Assembly: GCA_013239625.1 (NCBI GenBank)
Contig: MU054187.1
Coordinates: forward strand, 20,118,897-20,182,896
Origin: Lama guanicoe
Taxonomy: Eukaryota
Length of the DNA stretch: 64,000 nt
Reading direction: 5' to 3'
Part shown: positions 25,370 to 37,435 of the stretch, in pieces
Numbering within the stretch: the first letter of the stretch is position 1
How the letters are laid out: each line of letters starts with the position of its first letter
The notes under the pieces: model-generated
What the model saw: only the letters and a program-made list of their open reading frames with translations
Databases searched by the model: none
Told to the model about the DNA's origin: nothing
Position numbers and translations under genes: made by a program

Positions 25370-27105
25370 TTACAAGCGTTAGAAAATTGTTATTGTGGAG
25401 ACACAATATGTAAAGGTGTAATTTTGTGAAATCAATAACTGACAGGAGTTGGGGTAGAGCTTTAAATGAGCAGAGTTATATATTATTAAAGTTACATTTA
25501 CCAACTGGTAAACTTAAAATTACAGTCTTACAACTTTAAAATACTAACTGTAGCCCCCATAGTAGCCACAAAGAGAATAGTTATAGAATGCACACAAAGT
25601 GAAACAAGAAGGAAATTAAAGTGTTTCACAATAAAACATCAACATAGCATAAAAGATATAATGCAGGAAATGAAGGATAAAAAGCTATAAGGCATGTGGA
25701 AAATACATAGCAGTGAGAGAAATAAGTCCCTTCATATCAGTAATTACTTTAAATGTAAATAGATTAAAATCTCAAATCAAAAGACAAAGATTAGTAGAAA
25801 GGATAAGAAAAATGTTACCAACAAGAGCTTCACTTTATATGCAAAGACACGAATAGGTTGAAAGTAAAGGAGTAAAAAAGATACTCCATGAAAAGAGTAT
25901 CCAAAAATGATCAGGAGTGGCTTACTAATATCAGACAAAAATATACCTTAAAGAAGAAAATTTCATATGAGACAAAAAAAGATATTATATATTAGTAAAA
26001 GATTTAATACAAGAAGCTATAATAATTTTAAACATTAAATACTAAACTACCAAAATATTTGAAGCAACAATTGAAGAATAGAAAAAGAGAGCTATTTCTA
26101 TAATAGAAAATTCAACATACCATCTCAATAATGACTAGAACAACCAGACATAAAATAAATAAGGAAGTAGAGAACTTGAACAACACTATAGATCAGCTAC
26201 CTCTAGCAGACACGTACAGAACACTTTACCCAACAACAATAGTACATCCATTTTTCTCAAGTGCACATGGAACATTCTCCAGGATAGGTGATATGTCAGG
26301 TGACAATTTAAATCTCAATTGATTGAAAAAAAGAAAGATGTCATGTAATATATCTTCTCTGATCACAAAAGGATAAAGTTAGAAATCAGTAACAGAAAAG
26401 AAGTGGAAAATTAGCAACTTGGTGGAAATTAGACACACTCTTAAGGAACCAATGGATTGAAGAAGAAATCACAGGGGAAATTAGAAAATACTTAAGAGAT
26501 GAATGCATATAAAAGCATAATATATCAAAGAAAGCAGTGCTGAGTGGAAATTTCTAGCTGTAAGACTTACATTTTAAAAAAGGCAAGATCTCAAATCAAC
26601 AACATAATTGTACAACTTGAAGAATTAGAAAATGAACAAAGTAAACCCAAAGCTAGGAGAAGGAGGGAAATACTAAAGATTAAAGTAGACAGGAATGAGA
26701 TGGAAAATGGAAATAGAGAAAATCAATGAAACCAAGTTAGTTCTTTAAAAAGATCAACAAAATTAAGAAATTTTTAGCAAAATCATCTTAGGGAAAAAAA
26801 GATAAAATTACCAAATCAGAAATGGAAATATAACATTTCTACCAATTCTACAGAAATATAAAAGGATTATAAGAGAGTACTATGAACAAATGTACACTGG
26901 AAATTAGACAACTTATATAAAATAGGCAAATTCCTAGAAACACAAATGGTCATTTCTCATAATCTTAGAAAATGGTAACATATTTCTAACATACGATAGG
27001 AATGTCGATTGGTATGGTAATTATGGAAAACAGTATGGAGATTCCTCAAAAAATTAAAAATGTAACCACTATACAATGAAGCAAGTCCACTTCTGGGTAC
27101 TTATC
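25370..27105 (+). mobile_element. Old LINE-1 inter-ORF and ORF2 endonuclease region, plus short 3' ORF2 piece (~26995-27105)
   Basis: ORF 26131..26322 (KINKEVENLNNTIDQL...DTYRTLYP...FFSSAHGTFSRI) is the L1 EN domain. Confidence 0.92.
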
Positions 27106-28279
27106 ACTGAGACGCATTATTTATTTGAATTAATGGTAGCCCCTCCATGGTAAATGAGTCTTCAGAGTGGCCATGTTCTATGTATGGTACATGACTTTTC
27201 ATTGTCCATTTTATTATTTTGGTGGAAATACAGGTTTTTTCCTCTCTTATAGTAAATTTTCCAAGCTGTGGCAAACTGGGAAATATAAAAATAATGCAGA
27301 AAGATAAAAACATTCAAGTATTTTTCAATTCTAGCATGAAATCTCTGACAAGCACTGGGCTTCTCTCCTGGATTATAACACACTCTGTCAGCTAAAGACT
27401 CATTTGTTGTGAAGTCAGAAATGCATGAGTGAGTAAAGGATGAATATAAAGATAGAACATTTTATTATGCAAGTATAAGTGGAAACCTCTGACTGCCAAT
27501 GTTGCATTATCCTCTGAGGCCCAATAAATGTAGAGGGGTGGAAAAAAGGAAGAGGACCAGAGGAAATGACTTATGGTAAAATATTAGAAAATTGTGTATG
27601 GATGCTTTGGCCAAAGTTGAAGTAGTGTGGAGAGTGAGTAGAAATGGATCATATATTTTATTCTGTTCAATGCCAACTCAAATGTTCACACTGATTGCCT
27701 GAGGAAATGAAAAGTTACAGGATCCAAAGGCACAATAAAGATGATCACAGTTCTGCTGTATTTGAAAATGTGAAATTCTATCACTGATTTTGGATGCGCT
27801 TTGTCTTCTCCTTAGCTAGGTTGTAAACTGTGAAGCAAGTATGTGTTTTCTCTCATACGCACTTGTTTTAAAAGAGATTTAAAGCTTCCTTTGTCTTTGA
27901 CATCTTTCCCCTTGCCAGTCGACAGTGTTGATGACTAAATTCTTCTATACCTTGTTTTGCGTGTTCTTAAATTCTCATTTCAATTCTAGTTGTTATTTCA
28001 TCTTATAGAGATTACTGTTGAAAGCTTTTTTAAATTACCTAATCTTGATTCAGATGAAAATCTAAAAAAAGGCATCAGCATGCCTATTGAGAATTTGTTG
28101 CTAAAGGATGCTTATTTTGTAGCTTCACTTAAAAAAAAAATAAGAACACATTCTATATTAACTTTTTACAGTTGAAACAATTTCTTTTAGTTAAAAATGT
28201 TTCATAGATTAGATATATTTTATGTTGACCTGAACAGTTTGGCCAGATAAATGGTTTGACACAGTTTAGCACTGAAGAG

Positions 28280-28485
28280 ATAAAATTCTAGAATTAGAAT
28301 GTCTGTGTTTCAAATCCCAGTCACACCATGTCTTAGCTCTGTGCTGAGGTAAGTTAATTAGTCTCTCAGAGCCTTCATTTCCCTTCTGTAACATAAAGAT
28401 AAATTCTACCTATGAAGTATTATTTATGTGCATATAAGAATACCTAGTATGTAGAAATACTCAATAAAAGTTTAGCTATTATTAA
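28280..28485 (+). mobile_element. MIR SINE
   Basis: 'ttcaaatcccagtc...cttagctctgtg...aagttaatta..tctctcagagccttcatttccc...actcaataaaagtttagctattatt'. Confidence 0.75.
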
Positions 28486-30101
28486 ATGGTTTTCTGAAAA
28501 TCAAATAAAGTTGAAATAATAGTAATAGACCCTCAATTTTTTAACTTTATCATAAGAAGAAATTGCTATGTCTGTGTAATTTTCTTCTCTATGTTTGTCC
28601 TTTTGAAAGGTACCAAAGAGTTGTTCTTTGTGGGAGATATGAGTAGAGCTTGGAAGTACATCCAGGAGCCTTCGTATGCATGCCTGCATCATCTATGATG
28701 GGATGGAATAGAGCTGGAGTAAAAAGGGTGGAAGGTGGTGCCTCCACCATCAGGCACAGAATTTGACCCTTGGGGTCATTTTGAAGTTATTTTAACAAGA
28801 TAGGAATAAAGAACATATTCGATTTAACAGTTCTATAGTTTGACTTGTAACTTCAATATTTGCATATATAGTTCGTGAAATTCTTTTTATCTCTTACCCT
28901 GCATCCCAAAATGTTAGCGACAGATTGATGGGAAAATACTAAAGAAATGCTTTTCTTACTTCACAATTTGTTCTTGTGCACTTTCATTGTAATCACCTTC
29001 AAGCCAGAGAGTAAAATTAGATTAATGAAATCAGGACAAACTTCTAGGATCAGAAAACTGGCCCTGGAGGGGGCTTTAGGCTCTCTGCCCTTAATCTTAA
29101 GCATGAGGCAACTGACTTTTATCCCAAACCATCCAGAAAGGGTGTGACAGATCCAAGATAAAAATACAGCTGGCTTTATATTTCTCTTTTCTTTTTATCT
29201 TAATTAATGTATTTATTTTATATCTTTCTTAGCAGATTTCTAATGCAAATAACTTCTTTTTTGATCTTATCGGAAGTTCAAAAAATCAAAATCATGGTGC
29301 ATATTGTAAAGTCAAGACTCGATAGCTTTTGGTACAGTTGCATTTTTAATTTTGTAAACATTGTTATTTCTACTGAATCAGTCACTGACATTTTTAAAGA
29401 CTGTTCAGTGGTATTAGTCAGATAGTCCATTAATATTTATAGAAAACATAAAATTAATATTATGATTTCTTTATTCACATGTTTACATAAATGTTGGAAA
29501 TTCCAAAAGAGCAAATGTAAGCAAACACAACTTTATATTCTATTTAGTGAATAATACACAGATTCCAAACATTGGTAAAAGCTAACATAGCTCAATTAGG
29601 AAAATTTAATGAAAAAAATTAATCTGCACTTATATGTTATATTGGTTTTAAAATTGATTAAATAATGTCATTGTTCAAAAATGAAAGATCTTCAGGAAAC
29701 ACAGCTCACAGGTCTAATATCTAAATAAAGTTATTACTCTTATTACTGTGACTGTCTTATTATACAATTCCACTGTGAATATCATATTATATATATTAGA
29801 AACAAAGGGCTAACATTCACTGCACAGAAAGTTATGGCTTATTTTCCATGCAGATATCATCCAACTATTTAGCCATATCTGATTATCTCATTCAATTAAT
29901 TAAAACTTAATGTCCACTCACATTCATTATTTATCAGACGACTATTTGAATGACAATGAATAAGGAAGCATTGACATTCATTCTGGAAAACATATCTACT
30001 CAATGAAGGGCAAGGGGGTCATGGTTATGGAAAGGGTGCTTAAAATGCTTCACAGTAAAGATGAAGAAAATATTTTCAGAAATTGTTACATTGAGATATT
30101 A

Positions 30102-30270
30102 GGGGGAGGCCACCCCTCTCTCTCCCTCTACCGAGGCGGCCCGCACTCTGTCTCTGGAGTGTGTATCTATTTTTACTCTAATCTGAGCACCCAACCCCCA
30201 CACCTCATGGCCTTTGTCTTGCCTTTTCAGTGTCTCTAAATAAATCTACCTTTACTCAAAAAAAAAAAAA
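30102..30270 (+). mobile_element. Polyadenylated LTR-like fragment retrocopied with TSD
   Basis: GC-rich LTR R-like sequence, AATAAA at 30239-30244, A-tract from 30258; agatatta at 30094-30101 and 30271-30278. Confidence 0.7.
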
Positions 30271-30569
30271 AGATATTAAGGTGAAAATATGAAACTTTAT
30301 TCTATGTATGCATGACTCCACTGATTTTCTTTCAGCCCATATTATCCAAATTTTACAGAGGAGGTCAGTTAGGTACCCACGGCAGAAGACACTAAAATTT
30401 CAGCAGGGAGAGAAAATTATCAAAATAATTTTCATTTTCTATCACAAACAATATCCTACAGTCAATAACATTCTTACAGATAAATGTTGCATATAATTAT
30501 TAAGGTTTAGAAATTTTAAAGTTCAGATAGCTTTCTTAAAAAGTACAAAGATATTAAAAGTTCATTCAG

Positions 30570-30595
30570 GTGTTTGCTTCAGCAGCACATAGACC
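30570..30595 (+). pseudogene. 3'-truncated (tailless) U6 snRNA retropseudogene
   Basis: gtgtttgcttcagcagcacatagacc matches U6 nt 1-26 (GTGCTCGCTTCGGCAGCACATATACT) at 21/26; perfect 14-bp TSD aaaagttcattcag at 30556-30569 and 30596-30609. Confidence 0.9.
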
Positions 30596-31869
30596 AAAAG
30601 TTCATTCAGAAACTGATAAAGTCAAAATACTGAATAAGCAGTGAAAGTTTTCATGTACTATCAAAGATTTTTATTGACTGAGTCTTTATATAAAATATTA
30701 ATTAGGTGACTATTTTTTTATTACTTCAAGTGAACGTAGTTACAATTAAATTGAGATAACCTTTCAATTTCAGGATGGCCTATTCAGACTATTTGCAATT
30801 ATGACTGAACGGGTCACCTGCATTTATGCACTAAATGAAAGATGCTCATCTTTTGTCCCTGCCACTGCTTCATGGTTTTACCTTGGAAATTAATCATATG
30901 AAATTGACCCCTAAAGGCACACACCGATTTCAGAAGGAAAGTTTAACATCTCACGATCTTGGCATAGTTGGGAGAAAACACAGACATGATTGTACTTGAA
31001 GGGTTCTTAAAGTAAATTCATTTTGAATCTTTACTCATCTCAACTGAAGATTTTTGGCCAAGAGGTATGCTGGAAGGGGACTGGAAATACACTCCAGCAA
31101 GAGTAAGGTGACCTGATACTGTGGGAGTGCTGGCCAAGTAGAACGGTCTGCAGGGGCAACAACACACAGTCACAAAAATTGTGTTTCGCACACAATTGAA
31201 GTTCAGGGTGGAAACCTGCCTGTGCTCTGCTCAGTCTGTGCACAGAGGCACTGGTCTCATCAGTCCAGGGAAAAACATGCCTTTTTCTTATAGGTCTACT
31301 CATAGGAGTTGTCTTTCTAACCCTCATAAGGATGATCTTTTAATGTCAATGGACCAAGGTCTTGCTTTCCCAATGACTGGATTCAGAGACACAATGAAAC
31401 ACATCTGCATTTTTAGTTTGATCTAGACTGAAGCAGGGGTGGGACAGTCTCCTTGAAGTCAGTGAATTTAGAATGAATTCCTTGATGCTTTGTGTAGGTT
31501 GAAGAAAGTCATTCTAGTTGACAGCAGGATATTCCTGGATAGTGTTAAGATAAATCCCTTAGAAGAAGGTGATAAGCAGGAGCTACTTTGAGATTTGGAA
31601 ACCAAAATTGCTAAGAGGTTTAGGGCAAGGGTAGGGTGCCAGTCCCAGCAGGAAAATCATTTCAGGCTAACTCATACATAATGACTTATAATGACTTGGT
31701 CCTCAGTTGCTTATCCTTAAATGAGATATTAAGAAGTGAATAAATAAAGCTGAAAGGAGAATTTGTGTGCTATGTTCCTTTAACTTATGCTCCAGCACTC
31801 CTCAAGGGCATGAGTTTACTCCCCCTACACATTAGTACTACTAATTATTTATTAAAATATTAGCCAATC

Positions 31870-32054
31870 CTGATTTATAATACTTTCCATGTCCCAAGTA
31901 CTATGTTAAGTGTATTATATAATTTATCTCATTTAATCTTTGTTAAATCTCTATAATATTTTTCCTATTTTGGAATTTAGGAACATGACTGAGGCTTAGG
32001 GAGGGTAAGTCACTGCAGACAGATACACAAAGGTGAAAAATGTGAGATGAAACC
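31870..32054 (-). mobile_element. MIR SINE
   Basis: 'tactatgttaagtg...atctcatttaatc...actgaggcttagggagggtaagtcactg'. Confidence 0.7.
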
Positions 32055-32066
32055 AAGACTACTTTT

Positions 32067-32173
32067 TATTTTATTTTTCTGTTGGGGGTGGTAATTAGGT
32101 TTATCTATTTATTTAATGGAGGTACTGGGGATTTAAGCATGCGCTCTACCACTTGAGCTCTACATTCCTCCCT
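32067..32173 (-). mobile_element. vic-1-like SINE, internally deleted, with 12-bp TSD
   Basis: Antisense 'gtaattaggtttat...aatggaggtactggggatt|taagcatgcgctctaccacttgagct'; aagactactttt at 32055-32066 and aagactattttt at 32174-32185. Confidence 0.85.
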
Positions 32174-32314
32174 AAGACTATTTTTTAAATGATGATTACA
32201 CTAAGCTACTTCTTTTCTAAGATTAGAAATATTTTGGTGAAAATGTTCATACACACTAAGCATGAGAAAGCCGCTTTAATGATTCTACATAAATTATAAA
32301 TATTAGATAATGTT

Positions 32315-32747
32315 TGTGTCCAATCTGGGTTGTCTTGAAGGTAGTCAAGGATTCAGGTTCACATGGCTTATCACTGTGGTGGTCCCAGGAAACGTTAGAA
32401 CGTGTCATAGGAAGAGGCAGCAGCCAGTAAGGGATGTGCTATTAAGCAAGATACAATTGTGGACTCCCTGGAGCTTAATTCAACTGGAGAGTTCTGGGAA
32501 CCAGTGTAGGGAATATTATTCATTATGAAGAGTAGGGGAGCTTAGTTAGGTATCCATCAATTCTCACTGGAAGTTGGTTGAGCATATTTCCAGGGGCATC
32601 AACTCCCTGGCATTTCCAGTTTGCCGTATGCAGCAGCACAGAGTCAGGCAGCCGGAGGGAGCCCTCAGCACTGCGTACTGATATGTGGGTCACGTGCACT
32701 GAAGTTGTATTGGCAGAGGTGACGTGATGGGACAACAGTTATCACAA
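32315..32747 (-). mobile_element. ERVL LTR (LTR33/LTR16-like)
   Basis: 'tgctattaagcaag...ctggagcttaattcaactggagagttctgggaaccagtgtag...aactccctggcatttccag' resembles antisense LTR33. Confidence 0.55.
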
Positions 32748-32969
32748 TTAATATCCATCCCTTTGTCTCCTCATCCGTGAAGACTTCTCTGATCAACCTC
32801 AGACAAATTAAATCTTCCTTTCCTCTAAAGATCTGTAACATCTTATTTTCACTATTCTCCTAAAATCTACTAATTATCTACCATTGTGATTTGTTATAAT
32901 TTTTGCACAAGTTTTAGCTCGTTAAAAAATGAAAATGACTTGAAAGTAAGCATCACTCGGAGAAATCAC

Positions 32970-33365
32970 ATATGTGTCACAGATCTGGCGTTATGGCTTG
33001 TTCTTTTTCGGTCCCCAGTGTGCTTTGTTTATCTGCCCTTGATTCTCTTTTTCACAAATTTATTCGAAGCATAGCCCGAGATTTTGTTTTTGAAAGTTGA
33101 CATTTATTCTTTATGTTTTGTCGCCAGACAGTCTCATAGCTTTCTGCCTTATATCTATGCTCTCACTATAGACGGCTGCTAAGTGGTTTTCCACCCTGAT
33201 TTCATTTGTGAGAATCAGACTTGCAATGGATTTCAGCATCTGTCCTTTAAAACTCTTTAAGTACTTCTTGAATCTGCGTCTTCCAGGCTATAGTCTTTAG
33301 TTGAACTCGGATAAAACTCTTTTCAAATCCTATGATAGATTGGTTTATAGATCATTTTCATTGAT
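32970..33365 (+). mobile_element. Possible ERV1 (MER34/MER21-like) LTR remnant
   Basis: 'gaatctgcgtcttccaggctatagtc...ataaaactct' resembles ERV1 LTR R/U5 regions. Confidence 0.35.
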
Positions 33366-34772
33366 GTACCAGTTCAAGAGCTGACCGTTCGGTTTGTTGT
33401 TGGCACTGGGGTGCTGACTGTGTTCAGCAATAAAGAGGAATGAATCACACAGCAAACAAAACAAAATGGCATCTCCAAGTTCTTACTAGGTTGCTGGAAT
33501 CAACAGAAGAGCAGCCCTTTCCTGGCGTGACACCTTCTAATAAGTTTTAAAAACTCCCCTTTTGGAAACAAGAATACTGTTACCTACTTGCAGGATTTAA
33601 GGGAGAATGCGTGCAAATCACTGGCTCAGAGGAGACAGTAAAAAAAAAAAAATGTCATTTCTTCTACAGAAATAGGTAATCCAGTTACGGAGCAGAAGCA
33701 TAGACACATAAAATAGCTAATTCTCATGCCACGCGGTCAGGGGTCAGTGAAGGACTTCTCAGTGTGGGTTCAGCCAGCTTCTCCTTCCTACACCTCAGGT
33801 CTTCTCATCTACCTAGGGGAGACGATCAAAGAGGTTGACTTCAACAATAGGTTTTCCTGCTGTTTCTATGGAAACCGAATGCAAATAATCACAACACTTC
33901 ACTTCACTCCTTAATGCAATTTTGTCAGCAACATTTGCTGAACACCCACTGTGTGCAGAAAAATGTAATGGAAGGTTATGGCAACAAGAAGTGTTATTGT
34001 CATAACAGGAAGCTGCTAGAAGAAAATAACCTTCTCTACAACAACATTCTCTGCAAAAAATTTTAAAAATCTGCCTCATTATTTGCACATTAGGGTTTAT
34101 AGGTTTACCTGGAGCTGTAAGTGCTTCTTTGCAAACTTCTGCACAAATAAAGTTACCCAGGAAGGAGTGGAATTTGTCCTGTGTGCTGAAAATAATTTGA
34201 GTTAGATGAGAAAATAGTTGAGCACTATTTTACTGATACTAGCAGATTTCTCTCTAGAATTTTCTCCTGGGAATATAGATACACCTATTTTTTCCCCTTA
34301 TTACAAATACAGAAAAAAGGATTTTCCCAAACTTTTGTCTATTTTTGGAAGATGGCAACTAGTAGAACAGTGACGGTGACCTTGCTAACAAAAGCAAGCG
34401 ATGTCATGAGCCGCTGCAGAATGTAAAATAAAGAACCCAAACTTCCTTCTTCCAACTTCTCGCAGCTGCGTGTGGCCAGTTCGCATCAGGCTAGAACAAA
34501 TATCAAGTGTCTCCCACTGACTTTCATATCCAGTCAAACTTCTCGTAAATAACGTTTTTGCTTTGATACCCATCTCTTTAGTCTACCGTTTTCCAGGGCA
34601 ACTTTCCACTGAGATTTCTTTCATGCACATTGATTTTACATGTAATACTATGCTCCTCCATCACTCATCTGCCCATTAACCTACTGACTTAAACAAGGAG
34701 AATTAGTGAAACATTGTGACATGGCGTACAATGAGTAAGCACTTGTGGGTATGTTTGCATTTGTTCAATTTT

Positions 34773-35099
34773 TTACGGTATAAAATTGCTGTTTATTTAT
34801 CATATATATTATTCATTTATATAATATAGTATTTATTATTTATTATATATCTGGTATTTACTATTTTATATATATACATATATAGTATTTAGTATCTGCA
34901 AATCTCGAACTCCCAATTTATTCCTTCCCACCCTCTTTCCCCCCGGTAACCATAAGTTTGTTTTCTATGTCTGTGAGTCTGTTTCTGTTTTGCAAATAAG
35001 TTCATTTGTATCTATGTTTTTTTTTAAGATTCTACATATAGGTGATGTGGAAATCGTCACTCTAGTGAAGTAAGCCAGAAAGAGAAAGAAAAATACCAT
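34773..35099 (-). mobile_element. LINE-1 3' fragment with 5' inversion
   Basis: Antisense 3'UTR (~34775-35047) joined to a sense ORF2-end piece (~35048-35099, gtgaagtaagccagaaagagaaagaaaaataccat, identical to ~12873-12907); ttcaatttt on both flanks. Confidence 0.85.
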
Positions 35100-35353
35100 T
35101 GATTCAATTTTAAACATCATTTTTCTTACTATACAAAAGGGAGAAGTTTCTTAAATTAAAAAATAGAAAATATTCTGAATAAAAAAGAATATTAAAATAA
35201 TTCTTAGTTTAATACTTTTTGGATCTCAATTGTTAACATCTTGGTGTATAAGCTTTCATTTTTATTTTATTGTTAAAAATTAGATTACATATGTTACTTA
35301 ATTTATAATTTCTTTTTATATTTACTGAAATATCATTGATCATCTTTGTACAT

Positions 35354-35790
35354 TGTCGTGGACTGAAATTGGCCCCCTCCTCTCCCAATTCATATATTAA
35401 AGTCCCAACCCTCAGTGTTTCTATATTTGGGAATAGGGTCTTAAAAGGGGATAATGAAAGCTAAAAGAGGTCCTGAGGGTGGTGCTCTAATTTGATAGGC
35501 TTAATGTCCTTTTAAGAAAAAAATGAAGCTCCAAAGAACTCTTTCTCGCTCTGTCTCCCCTCTTGCTCTGTCTCCTCCTTCTCTCTTTCTGTGCACAAAG
35601 GAAAGGTTATAGGAGACACAGCCAAGAAGGCATCCTCTACAAGACTAGGAAAGTGTTCTCACCAGACACCAACACTGTTGGCACTTTGATCTTGGACTTC
35701 TAATCTCTAGAAATATGAGAAAATAAATTTCTGTTATTAAGCCCCTCAGGCTGTGGTGTTTTATGATGGCAACCAGAGCAAACTAAAACA
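35354..35790 (+). mobile_element. MaLR solo LTR (MLT1A/MST-like) with 5-bp TSD
   Basis: TG...CA termini; tacat/tacac flanks; 'gcactttgatcttggacttc...gagaaaataaatttctgtt'. Confidence 0.88.
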
Positions 35791-36875
35791 TACACTAAAA
35801 AATGTGTTACCGTAATAACATTTTAATCATGACATCATATCTTTGGTATATCATAATTTATTTTTATTCTTTTATTGTCAGATATTTCAATTACTTTAAT
35901 ATATTTAAATCTTAATATTAATTGATTTTCATAGGGAAAAAAAAATCCCAGAAAAATTTCTAAATAAAAACAATGCACATTTCTAAATAATTTTGATCAG
36001 TATGGGTAGCTGCTAGCCCACTCGATATTTTTGTAAGCTGTATGATCATTTTACAATGTCTCCTCAAGCAAAGGAATTATCATTTTTCAAAAATCTCTGT
36101 ACATCTTAGCCAAAAATTACACTCGATTTAATTTTTACTCAATTTCAATTTTTTGCTAAAATTTTTCTGTTTCAACTTTGTGATTGGTTTATGCATGTCC
36201 TTGCAGGTATTTTTTTTTAATTATATGAAATATATGTTGTAATTCTCTACTTTTCTATTGTGATAAAATTATATGCAGAACCAGGAGATTGTTATGAACG
36301 GTATTTATTTTAGTGATAGGAGAAACATGTTTCTCTGTGATAAGCGTAGTACTGAGGGATGGCTGAGCATAAAAAGCATGAGAAATATATGGTTTCCGTA
36401 TTTGATTTTCACATCACTATTTCCTTATGTTTTTCCTCCCAGCTGCTGCTTCTCACAAAATTTTCATTTTCTCTGCTAATCTCTTAAGTGATGATAATTC
36501 CCAGGGAGAGCTTCTCATTTTACACACTCTTGTTAGTAAGCCAATATCCTGTACCCATTTTCTGATGAATGTTCTAAATCTGTAACTTCTCACGTCCATC
36601 TGAACCCAGTTTGTCACTTCCAATACCCCTCAAAACATCACCTCACCACCTCACCACCTCACCACACACTCAGATTCTTCTGTAACAACATGGATACCAT
36701 CTTTGATACATTTGCCTTCTTCAATTTACAACATCAGATGAGCCAATACTTTGACTCTTCAACAAACATTTCTTGATTATGCTGTACTACATCAGACAAT
36801 GTTCTAGGCTCTCGGGGTACAACAGGAAAGAAAACATACTGAGAGTTTTTACAGAGCTTGTACTCAATGGGTATA

Positions 36876-37435
36876 TGTATTAGTCAGGGTCCAGTTAAAA
36901 CCCAGAAATGAACATAGAACATTTAACTTATAGAATTATTATCTAATGACATGTAACTAACTATTAAGGGGTAAAGAGAACTTTAAAAGATATGAAAATA
37001 GCAGATACAGAGAGCAGCTACTACTTCTAGGGTTGAGAGCGTACCAAAGGAAGAAACAAAGTCGGAAAAGACTTTCTCCCCAAAGAGTTAAGATTTAGAC
37101 CTTAATGGAAAAAAAAAATGTGGATGTAATCCTATTGGATGACAGAGAATTTGGCTGAGGCTCTACTGGCAAGCAGGAAGTTGCTTGCTGGAAAAGGAGA
37201 GCTTGGAAGCCAACCCTTGAATCCCCAGCAAAACATCCTGGGAGGCTTCCCACTGGGTTGTCACCAAGACTTGCTGAGAAGATCTCCACTGGGTATCTGG
37301 TAAATCTTGTTGGCAAGCCACTTGCCGGGATGTTGGTGAAATTTACTGGGAGACCCCACCCTGCCCAATATTAATGCATCTCTGGCTAAGGCAGAGCACT
37401 CAAGGAAAGAATAAACTTGGAAAAGTGCAACCCCT
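36876..37435 (-). mobile_element. Old ERVL-type LTR remnant
   Basis: Begins 'tgtattagtcagggtccag'; GC-richer block with repeated 'cttgctg/cttgttgg/cttgccgg' units. Confidence 0.45.

Noticed and set aside
36638..36666. (CACCACCT)x3 short repeat
   Set aside because: Simple slippage repeat with no further structure
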